From contig CALRAJ010000001.1 of the NCBI GenBank assembly GCA_943350765.1, forward strand, positions 96,689-160,688: DNA of 64,000 nucleotides, given 5' to 3'. Under the pieces are notes generated by a model, which saw only the letters and a program-made list of their open reading frames with translations, made no database searches and was not told the origin of the DNA. The stretch comes from Candidatus Tayloriibacteriota bacterium. Its GTDB lineage: Bacteria; Patescibacteriota; Minisyncoccia; Phycocordibacterales; PALSA-1337. The translations under genes were made by a program, and so were the position numbers. Below are positions 9,681 through 19,112 of the stretch, in pieces. Numbering within the stretch: the stretch's first letter is position 1; the number at the start of each line of letters is the position of its first letter.

Positions 9681-10979
9681 ATGTATACAAAAAACGCAAA
9701 CACAGGAGGGTCTTCACGACCTTCTACTTATAAGCCATCTTCATCTTTTCGCCCAGGTGGACCGTCGCGATTTTCTCGTGGAGGAACTAGCGGTGGATAT
9801 CGTGGAGGAAGCGGTGGAGGATTTCGAAGTCGACCATCTTTTGGTGGTAGTAGAGGAGGTGGTCGTGGCAGAACTGATAACATCAGTCACTCAAGATTTA
9901 TAAACAAAGCGGTGATTACTGAGGAGGTCGTGAACTTTGTACCGGAGCACAAGTTTCAGGATTTTACTTTCGAACCTTCACTCAAGCAGGCTATTATTAC
10001 CAAAGGCTATCTACTTCCAACACCTATTCAGGACCGATCTATTCCACATGTACTAAAAGGTACAGATGTAGTGGGTATTGCAAACACTGGTACAGGAAAG
10101 ACAGCGGCATTTCTCCTTCCACTTATAAACAAGGTTTTACTAAACCGAAAACAACAGGTACTCATTGTCGTTCCGACTCGAGAGCTTGCTATACAGATTG
10201 ACGCTGAGCTAAAAACTTTTGCTGGTGGTATGAAAATGTACTCAGTATGTTGCGTAGGAGGAGCAAGCCTCAGTAAGCAGATTAACGATCTCCGCTATCA
10301 GTACAACTTTATCATCGGGACACCAGGACGACTAAAAGATTTGATAGATCGCAAGATGATTTTCCTAAAAGAATTTAATACTATTGTGCTCGATGAGGCA
10401 GACCGCATGCTCGACATGGGATTTGTCAACGACATGCGCGCGGTGATGGCTGGTATGCCAAAGGACAGACAGACACTTTTCTTTTCCGCGACACTTTCAC
10501 CAGAAATAGAAAAGCTTATTCATGAATTTTTGAAGGAACCTGTAAGAATTTCAGTAAAAACTCAAGATACTTCAAAAAATGTTGACCAAGATGTGGTCAA
10601 AGTGGCTCGTGGAGCAAACAAAATAGATGTACTTCACGATTTACTCAAGCAAAAAGAGTTTAGCAAAGTTCTTATTTTTGGTCGTACTAAACATGGGGTA
10701 GAAAAGCTTTCAGGAATGCTGGTACAAAAGGGTTTCAAGGCGGACTCTATCCACGGTGATAAAAATCACTCTCGTCGACAAAAAGCTCTAACCATGTTTA
10801 AAAACAATCAAATGCAGGTGCTTGTGGCAACCGATGTGGCAGCTCGAGGACTAGATATTGCCGATGTTAGCCATGTGATCAACTACGATATTCCTGCAAC
10901 TTATGACGACTATGTACACCGTATTGGTCGTACTGGACGAGGTAATAAAAAGGGTAAAGCATTAACATTTGTAGAGTAA
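9681..10979 (+). CDS. DEAD-box ATP-dependent RNA helicase with N-terminal Gly/Arg-rich (RGG) tail
   Basis: Q motif (TPIQ), motif I ANTGTGKT, VLDEADRMLDMGF, SAT, HRIGRTGRG. About 75 aa of N-terminal G/R/S-rich low complexity. Confidence 0.9.
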   Translation: MYTKNANTGGSSRPSTYKPSSSFRPGGPSRFSRGGTSGGYRGGSGGGFRSRPSFGGSRGGGRGRTDNISHSRFINKAVITEEVVNFVPEHKFQDFTFEPSLKQAIITKGYLLPTPIQDRSIPHVLKGTDVVGIANTGTGKTAAFLLPLINKVLLNRKQQVLIVVPTRELAIQIDAELKTFAGGMKMYSVCCVGGASLSKQINDLRYQYNFIIGTPGRLKDLIDRKMIFLKEFNTIVLDEADRMLDMGFVNDMRAVMAGMPKDRQTLFFSATLSPEIEKLIHEFLKEPVRISVKTQDTSKNVDQDVVKVARGANKIDVLHDLLKQKEFSKVLIFGRTKHGVEKLSGMLVQKGFKADSIHGDKNHSRRQKALTMFKNNQMQVLVATDVAARGLDIADVSHVINYDIPATYDDYVHRIGRTGRGNKKGKALTFVE

Positions 10980-10991
10980 GCTATATAAACA

Positions 10992-11018
10992 AAAAAACCA
11001 CCTAAGGCGGTTTTTTTG
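10992..11018 (+). terminator. Rho-independent terminator
   Basis: aaaccacc-taa-ggcggttt followed by ttttttt. Confidence 0.55.
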
Positions 11019-11086
11019 TGTACTTTGTAATACATATATTAGGGTGTATAATTACAATATTATTAATTTATTAAATTTTAATTATT

Positions 11087-11392
11087 ATGTCATCTAAAAC
11101 AGTTGTTGTTATCGTTGTTGTTGTTCTAATTTTGCTAGGTATATATTTTTATTCAAATAACAAGGAAGTAGCACCTGTGGTTACCGCACCAGTTGAAAAT
11201 CCTATAGTCGCAGAGCAAACGAAGACTGAAGTGGCTGTAACCCCTTCAAACACTAGCTCAAATGATGAGATTGTTGATTACCTTGTCGATGGTCTATCCG
11301 TTGATGCAAAAACCTCTGCAAAGGCTAGTATAGATAGCACTACTGTGCCATCACAGGATCAAGTGGGTGCGGCCATTAATACTAATTTCTAA
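11087..11392 (+). CDS. Hypothetical small membrane-anchored protein
   Basis: 101 aa with an N-terminal TM (VVVIVVVVLILLGIYFY). Confidence 0.5.
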   Translation: MSSKTVVVIVVVVLILLGIYFYSNNKEVAPVVTAPVENPIVAEQTKTEVAVTPSNTSSNDEIVDYLVDGLSVDAKTSAKASIDSTTVPSQDQVGAAINTNF

Positions 11393-11403
11393 TACACATA
11401 TCC

Positions 11404-12279
11404 ATGAATAAAATACTTTCAACGCTCATTATTGTAGGTATGCTCGCACCGTCCCTGTCTTTTGCTCAAACAGACACATCTAGACCAGCTATCCGAGCTA
11501 CACGACCGTCCCAGAATGAAGATAGAAAAATGATGGGTACTCAGCCGAATAAAGATAGAGAAAGTGGCGAGGGTAGGATGAATAGCTCTACCACTCGTGC
11601 TGAAGCTAAAAAGGAAATGTTTTGTACACAGATAGATAAAGTTTTGGCTGGTTTAGATACAAAAGGTATAAGAATGGAAGAAAAGCGTGAGGAAAAAGGT
11701 ACAAAGAAAATTGAAAAGAGAGGTGAAGCTAGAGAAAAAGTTGATATCAAAAGAGATGAGAATGATGCAAAGAAAAAAGCTCAGCTCGCAGAGCTAACAT
11801 CTAGGGCAAAAAATGATGCTCAGAAACAAGCGATATCAATTTTTACAGCAACTATTGAAAAGGCGATTGCGGTTCGAGATAGTGCGGTAGATGCTGTACT
11901 GAAAACACATAGAGATGCTATAGACGCCACTGTAGCATCTAGAAAGACTGCTATGGATACTGCGATTGCCACCTTAAAATCAGAAATTGAGTCTGCAAAG
12001 TCAATAGCAAAATCTGATTGTGGAACTGCAGGAGTATCCCAAGAAACAATCAGGACAACACTTCGAACAGCCGTAAAGACTGCTCAGGATAAGTTTAGGA
12101 CAACAGTACAGTCAATTGAAAAGGTCAAAGATATTTCAATGGCAGAAAAGGAGTCTAGAAAAGATCAGATAGAAAAAGCTCATGCTGATTTCAAGCTTGC
12201 AACAGATCAAGCAAGAAAAGATCTAAAAATAGCACTAAAGCCAGTATCGGTGACGGCTTCGACCACAGTGAGTCAGTAA
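11404..12279 (+). CDS. Hypothetical secreted K/E/A-rich coiled-coil protein
   Basis: 291 aa with a signal peptide (MNKILSTLIIVGMLAPSLSFA) followed by low-complexity charged repeats. Confidence 0.5.
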   Translation: MNKILSTLIIVGMLAPSLSFAQTDTSRPAIRATRPSQNEDRKMMGTQPNKDRESGEGRMNSSTTRAEAKKEMFCTQIDKVLAGLDTKGIRMEEKREEKGTKKIEKRGEAREKVDIKRDENDAKKKAQLAELTSRAKNDAQKQAISIFTATIEKAIAVRDSAVDAVLKTHRDAIDATVASRKTAMDTAIATLKSEIESAKSIAKSDCGTAGVSQETIRTTLRTAVKTAQDKFRTTVQSIEKVKDISMAEKESRKDQIEKAHADFKLATDQARKDLKIALKPVSVTASTTVSQ

Positions 12280-12300
12280 TAGATAAAATTAGGTAAAATA

Positions 12301-12339
12301 GCTTCAAAGGCTCAACGGGCGCCGTTGAGCCTTTGAAGC
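12301..12339. repeat. REP-like perfect palindrome (family F1 variant)
   Basis: gcttcaaaggctcaacgg-gcgc-ccgttgagcctttgaagc. Confidence 0.8.
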
Positions 12340-12349
12340 TTGTGAGGTC

Positions 12350-12387
12350 ATACCCCACGAAAATCTACTGATTTTCGTGGGGTATTG
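12350..12387. repeat. Hairpin (ataccccacgaaaatc / gattttcgtggggtat)
   Basis: Perfect 16-bp stem lying between two REP-like palindromes. Confidence 0.6.
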
Positions 12388-12416
12388 TAATCGTATTAAA
12401 TGGCTCATCAAAGCCG

Positions 12417-12454
12417 TTTGAACGGCTCAACAGGGCTGTTGAGCCGTTCAAACT
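12417..12454. repeat. REP-like perfect palindrome (family F1)
   Basis: gtttgaacggctcaacag-ggc-tgttgagccgttcaaac; related copies at 38550 and 47107. Confidence 0.8.
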
Positions 12455-12461
12455 AATGTGT

Positions 12462-12869
12462 CTATCTATTATTCTCAGGTCTTATTTGTATCGATTGAGC
12501 ATTCATACTACCGTCAGGATTTTTGCTACCTGTGATTGTTACTTGCGTACCAGTAATAATGTCATTTAGTGACCCTACACTACTCTTTTGTATAGTGGTA
12601 CTCGAGTTTAGAAATACAATATTTGAGCCACCTTCGCGTAGCTTTACCGTAACACTCTGAGCATCTTTTGTGATAATTTCACCTGTAATAAACGCCCCAC
12701 CTTGTCGAACGGCACGATTGCCACCATTTAAATTTGCTCTAAATTGCCCTGATCCAGCCTGTGTCTGTGTATTTTTTGATGAACCATACTTTATACCAGC
12801 ATAAAAAGCTATCCCAGCTACAATTATCACTACAACAACAATTTTTATAATATTTTCTTTATTTTTCAT
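12462..12869 (-). CDS. Hypothetical secreted/membrane-anchored protein
   Basis: 135 aa with an N-terminal TM. Confidence 0.5.
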   Translation of the reverse strand: MKNKENIIKIVVVVIIVAGIAFYAGIKYGSSKNTQTQAGSGQFRANLNGGNRAVRQGGAFITGEIITKDAQSVTVKLREGGSNIVFLNSSTTIQKSSVGSLNDIITGTQVTITGSKNPDGSMNAQSIQIRPENNR

Positions 12870-12911
12870 ATAATTTTGTAAAATTAACTAACTAAATAAT
12901 TACTAATTTAA

Positions 12912-13076
12912 TCCCAAATTACAAAATACTGTCGCAGGCGTATCTTTTTGAAAGACTTCGGAGGCGGGTAGCCGAGACTTGAGAGATTTTCTAGTAAGAA
13001 AATACAAGGGCTTCGTCTACAGATGCCTATCCCTAACCGATAGGCTTCAAAAAGATATGCCAAGAAAGGTATTTTG
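12912..13076 (+). mobile_element. MITE-like repeat copy A with perfect 16-17 bp terminal inverted repeats
   Basis: TIRs cccaaattacaaaatac / gtattttgtaatttggg. Internal conserved core cgcaggcgtatctttttgaaag...ggcgggtagccgagact...aaaaagatatgccaagaaagg. Confidence 0.7.
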
Positions 13077-13100
13077 TAATTTGGGATAACTTACTTCCCA

Positions 13101-14324
13101 CTACTCATACCTCAACGCCTCGATTGGGTGCAATCTCGACGCTCGTCTGGCAGGGTAGTATCCGAAAATAATACCGATGCCAGTCGAGACACCGAAAGCG
13201 AGAAATATTGAGGAGAGAGATACCGAGGTTTGAATAATACCAAAATAATTTACCGCAAAAGATATAGCCCACCCAAAAACAACACCGACAACACCACCTA
13301 TAAAAGTCAGTACCACTGCTTCTATTAGAAATTGTAGATTTATATCTTTTCTCTTTGCTCCAATAGCTTTCCTTAGACCGATTTCTCTAGTCCTTTCTGT
13401 AACTGTAGTTAGCATCATATTCATAATTCCTATTCCACCGACCACAAGTGAGATACCAGCAACAGCAGATAAAAGCACTGTAAATATCCCCGTAACACTA
13501 GAGGCAGTAGCTACTATGTCAGCCTGATTTAAAGTACTAAAATCAGCCTGAGTTGGATCACTGATATTATGACGGTCGAGAAGTAAGACTTTTATCTGAT
13601 CCTGAATCTCGGTCATGGATTCTGGATTATTCGCTTGTACGCTAATGGTGGTTACATACGCATCACCAGCCAAAAAGCGTTGAGCGGTGGTAAGAGGGAT
13701 AAAGATCATATCATCCTGACTACCAAAGCCTGTGCCACCCTTGGCTTTTGTTACACCAATGATTTTAAATACGATGTTTTTTATTTTAATCGTCTCACCA
13801 ACAACATTTGCTCCCTGACCAAAAAGATCGTCTCTTGCTGTAGGACCGATGACAGCAACTTTTGAAAGACTTTTTAGGTTTTGATCAGTAATAAATGATC
13901 CTTCGCTTATTTCTACATTGCGTACACCTAGGTATGAGGAGTTTGTACCGATAATAGAAGTATTGGTGTTTTTACCCTTACTGGTTACTTGATATCTACC
14001 AGAGATTTCTGGTGATACCGCTTTTGCCAGAGTAACTTCTTTGATTATGGCGTCTGCATCGCCTTGTGTTAGCGTCCGTGCGGTACCACGACCTGAGCTT
14101 ACCTGAAATCCCTGCCCACGCTGAGCACCAGGGGTAACCAAAACTAGATTTGAGCCAATAGACTGAATACTCGATGCTATAGAAGCTTGTGCGCCTTGAC
14201 CAATAGCCGTCATGGCTATTACAGAACTGATACCTATCACAATACCAAGCATAGTGAGTCCTGTTCTGATTTTATTTGATTTTAAAGCAATATATGTTTC
14301 TTCAAAAATATCGAAAATGGTCAT
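13101..14324 (-). CDS. ABC transporter permease, MacB/FtsX family
   Basis: 407 aa. One N-terminal TM, a large periplasmic domain and three C-terminal TMs (FtsX domain). Confidence 0.85.
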   Translation of the reverse strand: MTIFDIFEETYIALKSNKIRTGLTMLGIVIGISSVIAMTAIGQGAQASIASSIQSIGSNLVLVTPGAQRGQGFQVSSGRGTARTLTQGDADAIIKEVTLAKAVSPEISGRYQVTSKGKNTNTSIIGTNSSYLGVRNVEISEGSFITDQNLKSLSKVAVIGPTARDDLFGQGANVVGETIKIKNIVFKIIGVTKAKGGTGFGSQDDMIFIPLTTAQRFLAGDAYVTTISVQANNPESMTEIQDQIKVLLLDRHNISDPTQADFSTLNQADIVATASSVTGIFTVLLSAVAGISLVVGGIGIMNMMLTTVTERTREIGLRKAIGAKRKDINLQFLIEAVVLTFIGGVVGVVFGWAISFAVNYFGIIQTSVSLSSIFLAFGVSTGIGIIFGYYPARRASRLHPIEALRYE

Positions 14325-15061
14325 GGGTGTGTTTGAATGGTTTTATTTTCTTGTATGGATGTAATTATTCTTCGTTCGTGTATTTTGCTATCCTCAACAA
14401 TCAAACCATCTCTGATTGTTATTATTCGTTCGGCATGTTCTGCTACATCACGCTCATGAGTAATGAGTATGATTGTACGACCTAGTTCCTTGTTTAGTTT
14501 TTGAAATGTTCCAAGTACAATCTCACCTGTTTTTGTGTCTAAGTTACCAGTTGGCTCATCAGCTAGTATTAGGGTAGGGTTGTTGACCAAAGCTCGAGCT
14601 ATCGCAACACGCTGTATTTGACCTCCAGAAAGCTGATTTGATAAATGTTTAAAGTGAGTTTCCTCTAGTCCAGCCGAGATCAGAGCTTTTTCTGCACGCA
14701 ATTTTCTTTCATCTCTGTCTATACCAGCATAGACCAGTGGTAACATTACATTGCGTAAAACAGTAGACCTAGAAAGGAGATTGAATGATTGAAACACAAA
14801 ACCAATTTTGTTTTTCCTTATATCAGCCAGCTCATCATCAGTTAGTTTAGAAACATCCTTTCCATCTAAAAAGTATGAGCCGAGAGTGGGGGAGTCGAGT
14901 GCGCCAAGTATGTGCATTAGGGTAGATTTGCCTGATCCAGACGGACCCATGATAGCTACAAATTCACCGTCATTTATAGCAAAGCTTACTCCCTGCAAGG
15001 CTTGAAAGGTATTTTCATTTCCTTGACTAAATGTTTTTGTTATGTTTTTAATTTCAATCAT
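14321..15061 (-). CDS. ABC transporter ATP-binding protein (MacB/LolD-like)
   Basis: Walker [10 protein letters not shown], signature [15 protein letters not shown], Walker [12 protein letters not shown]. Overlaps the permease gene by 4 nt. Confidence 0.9.
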   Translation of the reverse strand: MIEIKNITKTFSQGNENTFQALQGVSFAINDGEFVAIMGPSGSGKSTLMHILGALDSPTLGSYFLDGKDVSKLTDDELADIRKNKIGFVFQSFNLLSRSTVLRNVMLPLVYAGIDRDERKLRAEKALISAGLEETHFKHLSNQLSGGQIQRVAIARALVNNPTLILADEPTGNLDTKTGEIVLGTFQKLNKELGRTIILITHERDVAEHAERIITIRDGLIVEDSKIHERRIITSIQENKTIQTHP

Positions 15062-15073
15062 ATTGTAGGATTT

Positions 15074-16918
15074 CTACCTAACAACTCGAGTAGACGCACC
15101 AGTAGCACTATTTCTATTACCTGTTATAGCTCCAAAAATACTTGGCGTAGCGGTAACCCCAGTATTTGTACCAGCAGTAATAGTTCGTGTAATGATCTGA
15201 TCGCCCTCTTTTAGTCCAGAGATTATTTCAACTGAAGTGTCGTTTGATAGACCTGTTTGAATATTTTGCCTTTTGGGTGCTACTGATGATCCGACGCCCT
15301 GATTTTGTGAACCCTGAGGTACCGAGAGGGGTGTATCGAACATTTCCACATAGCTAGATACAGCATCAGATTTGACAGCACTATTTGGAATAATGAGTAT
15401 ATCTGATTTTGCATCAGTAATGATTGTAGCGGTAACACTCATACCGGATTTTATTCGTATATCTTGTGTATCGAGTGTAATTTGGACACTATAAGTTACC
15501 ACACCCTGCGACACTGTACCTATTGCATCTATCCCTGTAACCCTACCAGTCATTTCCAATCCATCTATTGCATCAAAAATAAGTGTAGTTTTTTGACCAA
15601 TCTCTATCTTTGCCACATCTACTTCATTTAGAGGTATGGACACAATCTTTTGACTTGTGATGAGTGAACCTATCACACTACCGGAGGAGATTGACTCACC
15701 TTTTTTCAAGGTTATTTTAGTAACAGTGCCTTCAAAAGGAGCTCGAATAAAATAGTCAGCAAATTTATCCCGTGCATCAAGTAAGGCATTTTCTCTTTGT
15801 ATTACTGCAAGCTCTTGTGAGCGTATATCGAGTGCATCGCTCCCAGCCTTTAATTTTTCAAGCGACTGAGTATTTTCGACTATTGACCTTTCGGCATTCA
15901 CCTTAGCATCACTCGCACTACGAATACCATCTTTAATATTAAGTAAATTGATTAGATAAGTGTTTGTATTACCAGTGTAGGTATTAATGCTGGAGAGATG
16001 AGTTTCTGCAAGTGTGGCTACATTTAAGTTTCTTTTTACTAGCTCATCTTTATACATTGAAACGAGGTTATTGGCACTTTTTATTGCCTCAGCTATATTT
16101 CTAGTGGTTTGGTATGTCTCCTCTAAAAGAGCCTCAATTTCTGCCTCACTAGATACGCGTGTTACTATCTTATATCGTGTGAGATTTGCATCATAACTTG
16201 CCCGAGCTACTGTATACTTGCTATCCACATCTATTTTCAAAGAATCCGCCAAGGTATTGTACCTTCTAATAGTATCAGTATAGTAGTCAATATTTTGCTG
16301 ACCAGTACCACCGAGTCCAGCCTGGGTACTGTAGAGTATGTTTTGTAATCCACTCATTATATTTGGAAGAGTTAGGAATACATTAGTTACGGTATTGATA
16401 GCATCTTCGTAGTTTTGTTTGAGTTCGTTTGCCGAACTGATTTTTGTTTCGTTGGCTCTGGCAAGTGTATTCTCGGATTGAGTTACCGATAGAATGTCAG
16501 CTGGTTTTTTGATTTTTTCGAGCGATAACCTAGCACTTTCTAGATTTGCTTCAGCATCGCGTACAGCTTTTTGTGCATCACGAGTATTTATTTGTGCGAT
16601 GAGGGTACCTGACTTTACAATTTGTTCATTTATAACACCTATATAGACCACATCACCGGAGGCTTTTGCTTTTAAATCCATTTGATTTAGCGTAGAAACC
16701 TGACCACTGCCAGTAACTGTAGTAATAAGTGTGCCTTTTTCAACTAAGGCGGTTACATATTGTGGGGGAGTATTCTGGTTTTGTATTGTTGTAATAGCCC
16801 AATAACCAATCCAGACTAAAACAACAGCCAAAATAACACTTATTATTTTATGTGCAATGGCAAAGTTTTTTACAATATGTGTTATGTGGACGGTTTTGTG
16901 AAAAATTGTGCTGGTCAT
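15074..16918 (-). CDS. Periplasmic adaptor / membrane fusion protein (HlyD/MacA family), unusually long
   Basis: 614 aa. An N-terminal TM is followed by a long coiled-coil hairpin, lipoyl-like and beta-barrel segments. It lies in the same operon as the MacB-like genes. Confidence 0.75.
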   Translation of the reverse strand: MTSTIFHKTVHITHIVKNFAIAHKIISVILAVVLVWIGYWAITTIQNQNTPPQYVTALVEKGTLITTVTGSGQVSTLNQMDLKAKASGDVVYIGVINEQIVKSGTLIAQINTRDAQKAVRDAEANLESARLSLEKIKKPADILSVTQSENTLARANETKISSANELKQNYEDAINTVTNVFLTLPNIMSGLQNILYSTQAGLGGTGQQNIDYYTDTIRRYNTLADSLKIDVDSKYTVARASYDANLTRYKIVTRVSSEAEIEALLEETYQTTRNIAEAIKSANNLVSMYKDELVKRNLNVATLAETHLSSINTYTGNTNTYLINLLNIKDGIRSASDAKVNAERSIVENTQSLEKLKAGSDALDIRSQELAVIQRENALLDARDKFADYFIRAPFEGTVTKITLKKGESISSGSVIGSLITSQKIVSIPLNEVDVAKIEIGQKTTLIFDAIDGLEMTGRVTGIDAIGTVSQGVVTYSVQITLDTQDIRIKSGMSVTATIITDAKSDILIIPNSAVKSDAVSSYVEMFDTPLSVPQGSQNQGVGSSVAPKRQNIQTGLSNDTSVEIISGLKEGDQIITRTITAGTNTGVTATPSIFGAITGNRNSATGASTRVVR

Positions 16919-16934
16919 ACTATTTTAGTTTGGA

Positions 16935-17426
16935 TTATTTTCTGATTGATTGGTTTGCGGTATCAGTATCTGATGGCATAATTCTAATCAAACGAGCCGA
17001 GATTTCACCAGTTTCAGTGGGTGTGCCAAGTACCATGACATTTGTATTTATCATAAGGTCTGTAGTCGATGCAATATTTCTAAATGAACGAATATCCGTA
17101 TCATTTTTAATTACAATCACTTTTTCTATATTGTCTTTCCCTTCAATAATAAGCGTTGGTAGGCTAACTCGGATTATTTTACCAATAGTGCCGTGTGCAT
17201 TCGGCAAATCTCTACCTCGAAAATCATTAAACATACCCATTCCATTACGGTGTCCGCCAAAGGTTCGATAATAATTATCACCCAACCCAAATGCAAAAGA
17301 AGCTTTTTTTAGTCCAACAAACATACCCGCTTGAAAGATAATAAGGGCGATAATTATGCCCCCAATAATGTACAGCACGCGAGTAGCTTTTTTTGACTGA
17401 AGCAAGGTTTTTATATCTATACTCAT
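16935..17426 (-). CDS. Hypothetical membrane protein (start taken at the internal Met after the anti-sigma stop)
   Basis: MSIDIKTLLQSKKATRVLYIIGGIIIALIIFQAG... with one TM. It sits downstream of the sigma/anti-sigma pair. Confidence 0.45.
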   Translation of the reverse strand: MSIDIKTLLQSKKATRVLYIIGGIIIALIIFQAGMFVGLKKASFAFGLGDNYYRTFGGHRNGMGMFNDFRGRDLPNAHGTIGKIIRVSLPTLIIEGKDNIEKVIVIKNDTDIRSFRNIASTTDLMINTNVMVLGTPTETGEISARLIRIMPSDTDTANQSIRK

Positions 17427-17439
17427 ATATTTTATTTTG

Positions 17440-17880
17440 TTATGCAAATTTATAAAACGCTTTTCGACTATCTCGCACCATCGACACAAGCCCACCGAGC
17501 AGTACAAATCCGCCAAAAAGTACCACCGTGATGCTAAATAGTGGAATAGTCTCTACTAAGGAAAGTAACAACTCCTTTCCATACAACATAGCTATACCAC
17601 CATCAGAGAAAACCAGCGAAAGATATTGAAAAAAATCAGAACTAGATAATTCCCGTACCAAATATGTATAGGAGTAACCAAATCCTATGGCAGTGCTGAG
17701 TACTAGCGTACTCCACAAAGCAAGTCTCAACCGTGCCATTAACACTTGTATCTTTTCTATTTTTGCGAGTATATTGCTATAGAGTACTGCTCGTGGCTCT
17801 ACAGATGGTATACCTTTTAATATCTGTGCATAATTTTTCTCCACAATACTTATACGACTGGATTTAGTTTTTTGGTGCAT
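17440..17880 (-). CDS. Putative membrane anti-sigma factor
   Basis: 146 aa with TM helices. It overlaps the 3' end of the ECF sigma gene, the classic sigma/anti-sigma arrangement. Confidence 0.5.
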   Translation of the reverse strand: MHQKTKSSRISIVEKNYAQILKGIPSVEPRAVLYSNILAKIEKIQVLMARLRLALWSTLVLSTAIGFGYSYTYLVRELSSSDFFQYLSLVFSDGGIAMLYGKELLLSLVETIPLFSITVVLFGGFVLLGGLVSMVRDSRKAFYKFA

Positions 17881-18439
17881 TAGTATCTGTGAGGATTTTT
17901 CTTAACAGAATAAGGCCTCGTCTATGCTGGCTACGAATAGTTTCCAGGGGTTTATTGACTATATGTGCAATTTCTATAAAGGATAGCTCTTGCTGATAGT
18001 GCAGTGTCAGTATTTCCTTGTACAGGAGGGGTAATTTGTCTAGAGATTCTGTAAGTAACTTTTTATTTTCTTCTTGCAGGAAAAGTTCATCTGGTAACAG
18101 CGTATTGTCCGCGAGAGATGTTGTAAAATAATTTTCACCTTCACTGTCTTCAAAACTAGAAAAAACAATAGCTTTTTTCTTTTTTAGCCAGTCTAGAGTA
18201 GTATTGTGAGCGATAGTATAGAGCCATGTTTTAAAACTATACTTTGTATCATATTTATCAAGATTTTTCCAAACTTTAATAAAAGTATCCTGAGCAATAT
18301 CCTCACTCATATCCTGATTATCTGTGAGACGATATATAAAAGCATATATAGGTTTGAGATACCTTTTTAAAATGCCGTGAAAGGCTTTTTCATCACCGTC
18401 TAGATGCTCTGTGACGAGCTGTTGATCTGTTTTATCCAT
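17864..18439 (-). CDS. ECF-type RNA polymerase sigma factor (sigma-70 regions 2 and 4)
   Basis: Region 2 IAQDTFIKVWKNL; region 4 LYKEILTLHYQQELSFIEIAHIVNKPLETIRSQHRRGLILLRKIL. Confidence 0.85.
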   Translation of the reverse strand: MDKTDQQLVTEHLDGDEKAFHGILKRYLKPIYAFIYRLTDNQDMSEDIAQDTFIKVWKNLDKYDTKYSFKTWLYTIAHNTTLDWLKKKKAIVFSSFEDSEGENYFTTSLADNTLLPDELFLQEENKKLLTESLDKLPLLYKEILTLHYQQELSFIEIAHIVNKPLETIRSQHRRGLILLRKILTDTNAPKN

Positions 18440-18638
18440 AGCTTGTAGATTTCCATTGTGTCATAGATGGACTTTATTGTCATACTTGCGACTTTCCTCG
18501 CACTCGCAAGAACCGTTCTTGCGAGGACTACCAAAAAAGCTGGGTCTAGGGCAGGGGATAGGTAATCTTCTATCTTTACACTACATTCGACAATGCTATA
18601 CTGTAGAGGTATTATTTATTATAAGCATTATAATCTAT

Positions 18639-19079
18639 ATGGAACTAGATATACTGAAAGAGTTGGTCAATCCGTGGGCGGTTTTGGTGTCAGCTATAGC
18701 AAGTATGATTATTGGTTCGCTATGGTATTCACCATTATTATTTTCAAAACCGTGTATGGCAATAATTGGAGTTACTCCAGAAAAAATCACCGAGAGTAAA
18801 AATAAGAGTATAGCCAAGTCCATGGTCATTGGATTTATTAGTGCGATGGTAACTGCTTTTTCGCTATCCTTATTGATCGGATTAATTGCACCAAATACGA
18901 TAGCGGGAATGTGGCTGGCACTTTATATTGCTTTTATTTTCTGGCTCGGCTTTATGGCTGTAATTCATCTCGATACTGTAATCTGGGAAGGCCGTCCATG
19001 GAAATACTTTTTTATAAATTCTGGCTGTCGTTTGGTAACAATTTTAGCCATTACCCTCATTTTATATTTTTGGCGATAA
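18639..19079 (+). CDS. DUF1761-like integral membrane protein
   Basis: Start at the internal ATG at 18639. 4 TM helices with the LWYSPLLFSKP motif. Confidence 0.5.
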   Translation: MELDILKELVNPWAVLVSAIASMIIGSLWYSPLLFSKPCMAIIGVTPEKITESKNKSIAKSMVIGFISAMVTAFSLSLLIGLIAPNTIAGMWLALYIAFIFWLGFMAVIHLDTVIWEGRPWKYFFINSGCRLVTILAITLILYFWR

Positions 19080-19112
19080 TTTACCTCCAGAAGACTTTTT
19101 TAACACAAACTA

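Noticed and set aside
9514-9903. 129-aa ORF in the track overlapping the DEAD-box helicase start region
   Set aside because: It lies over the MITE-like copy E and the 5' leader, in a different frame from the well-supported DEAD-box helicase whose N-terminus it overlaps. It has no motifs, so it is probably a spurious ORF.
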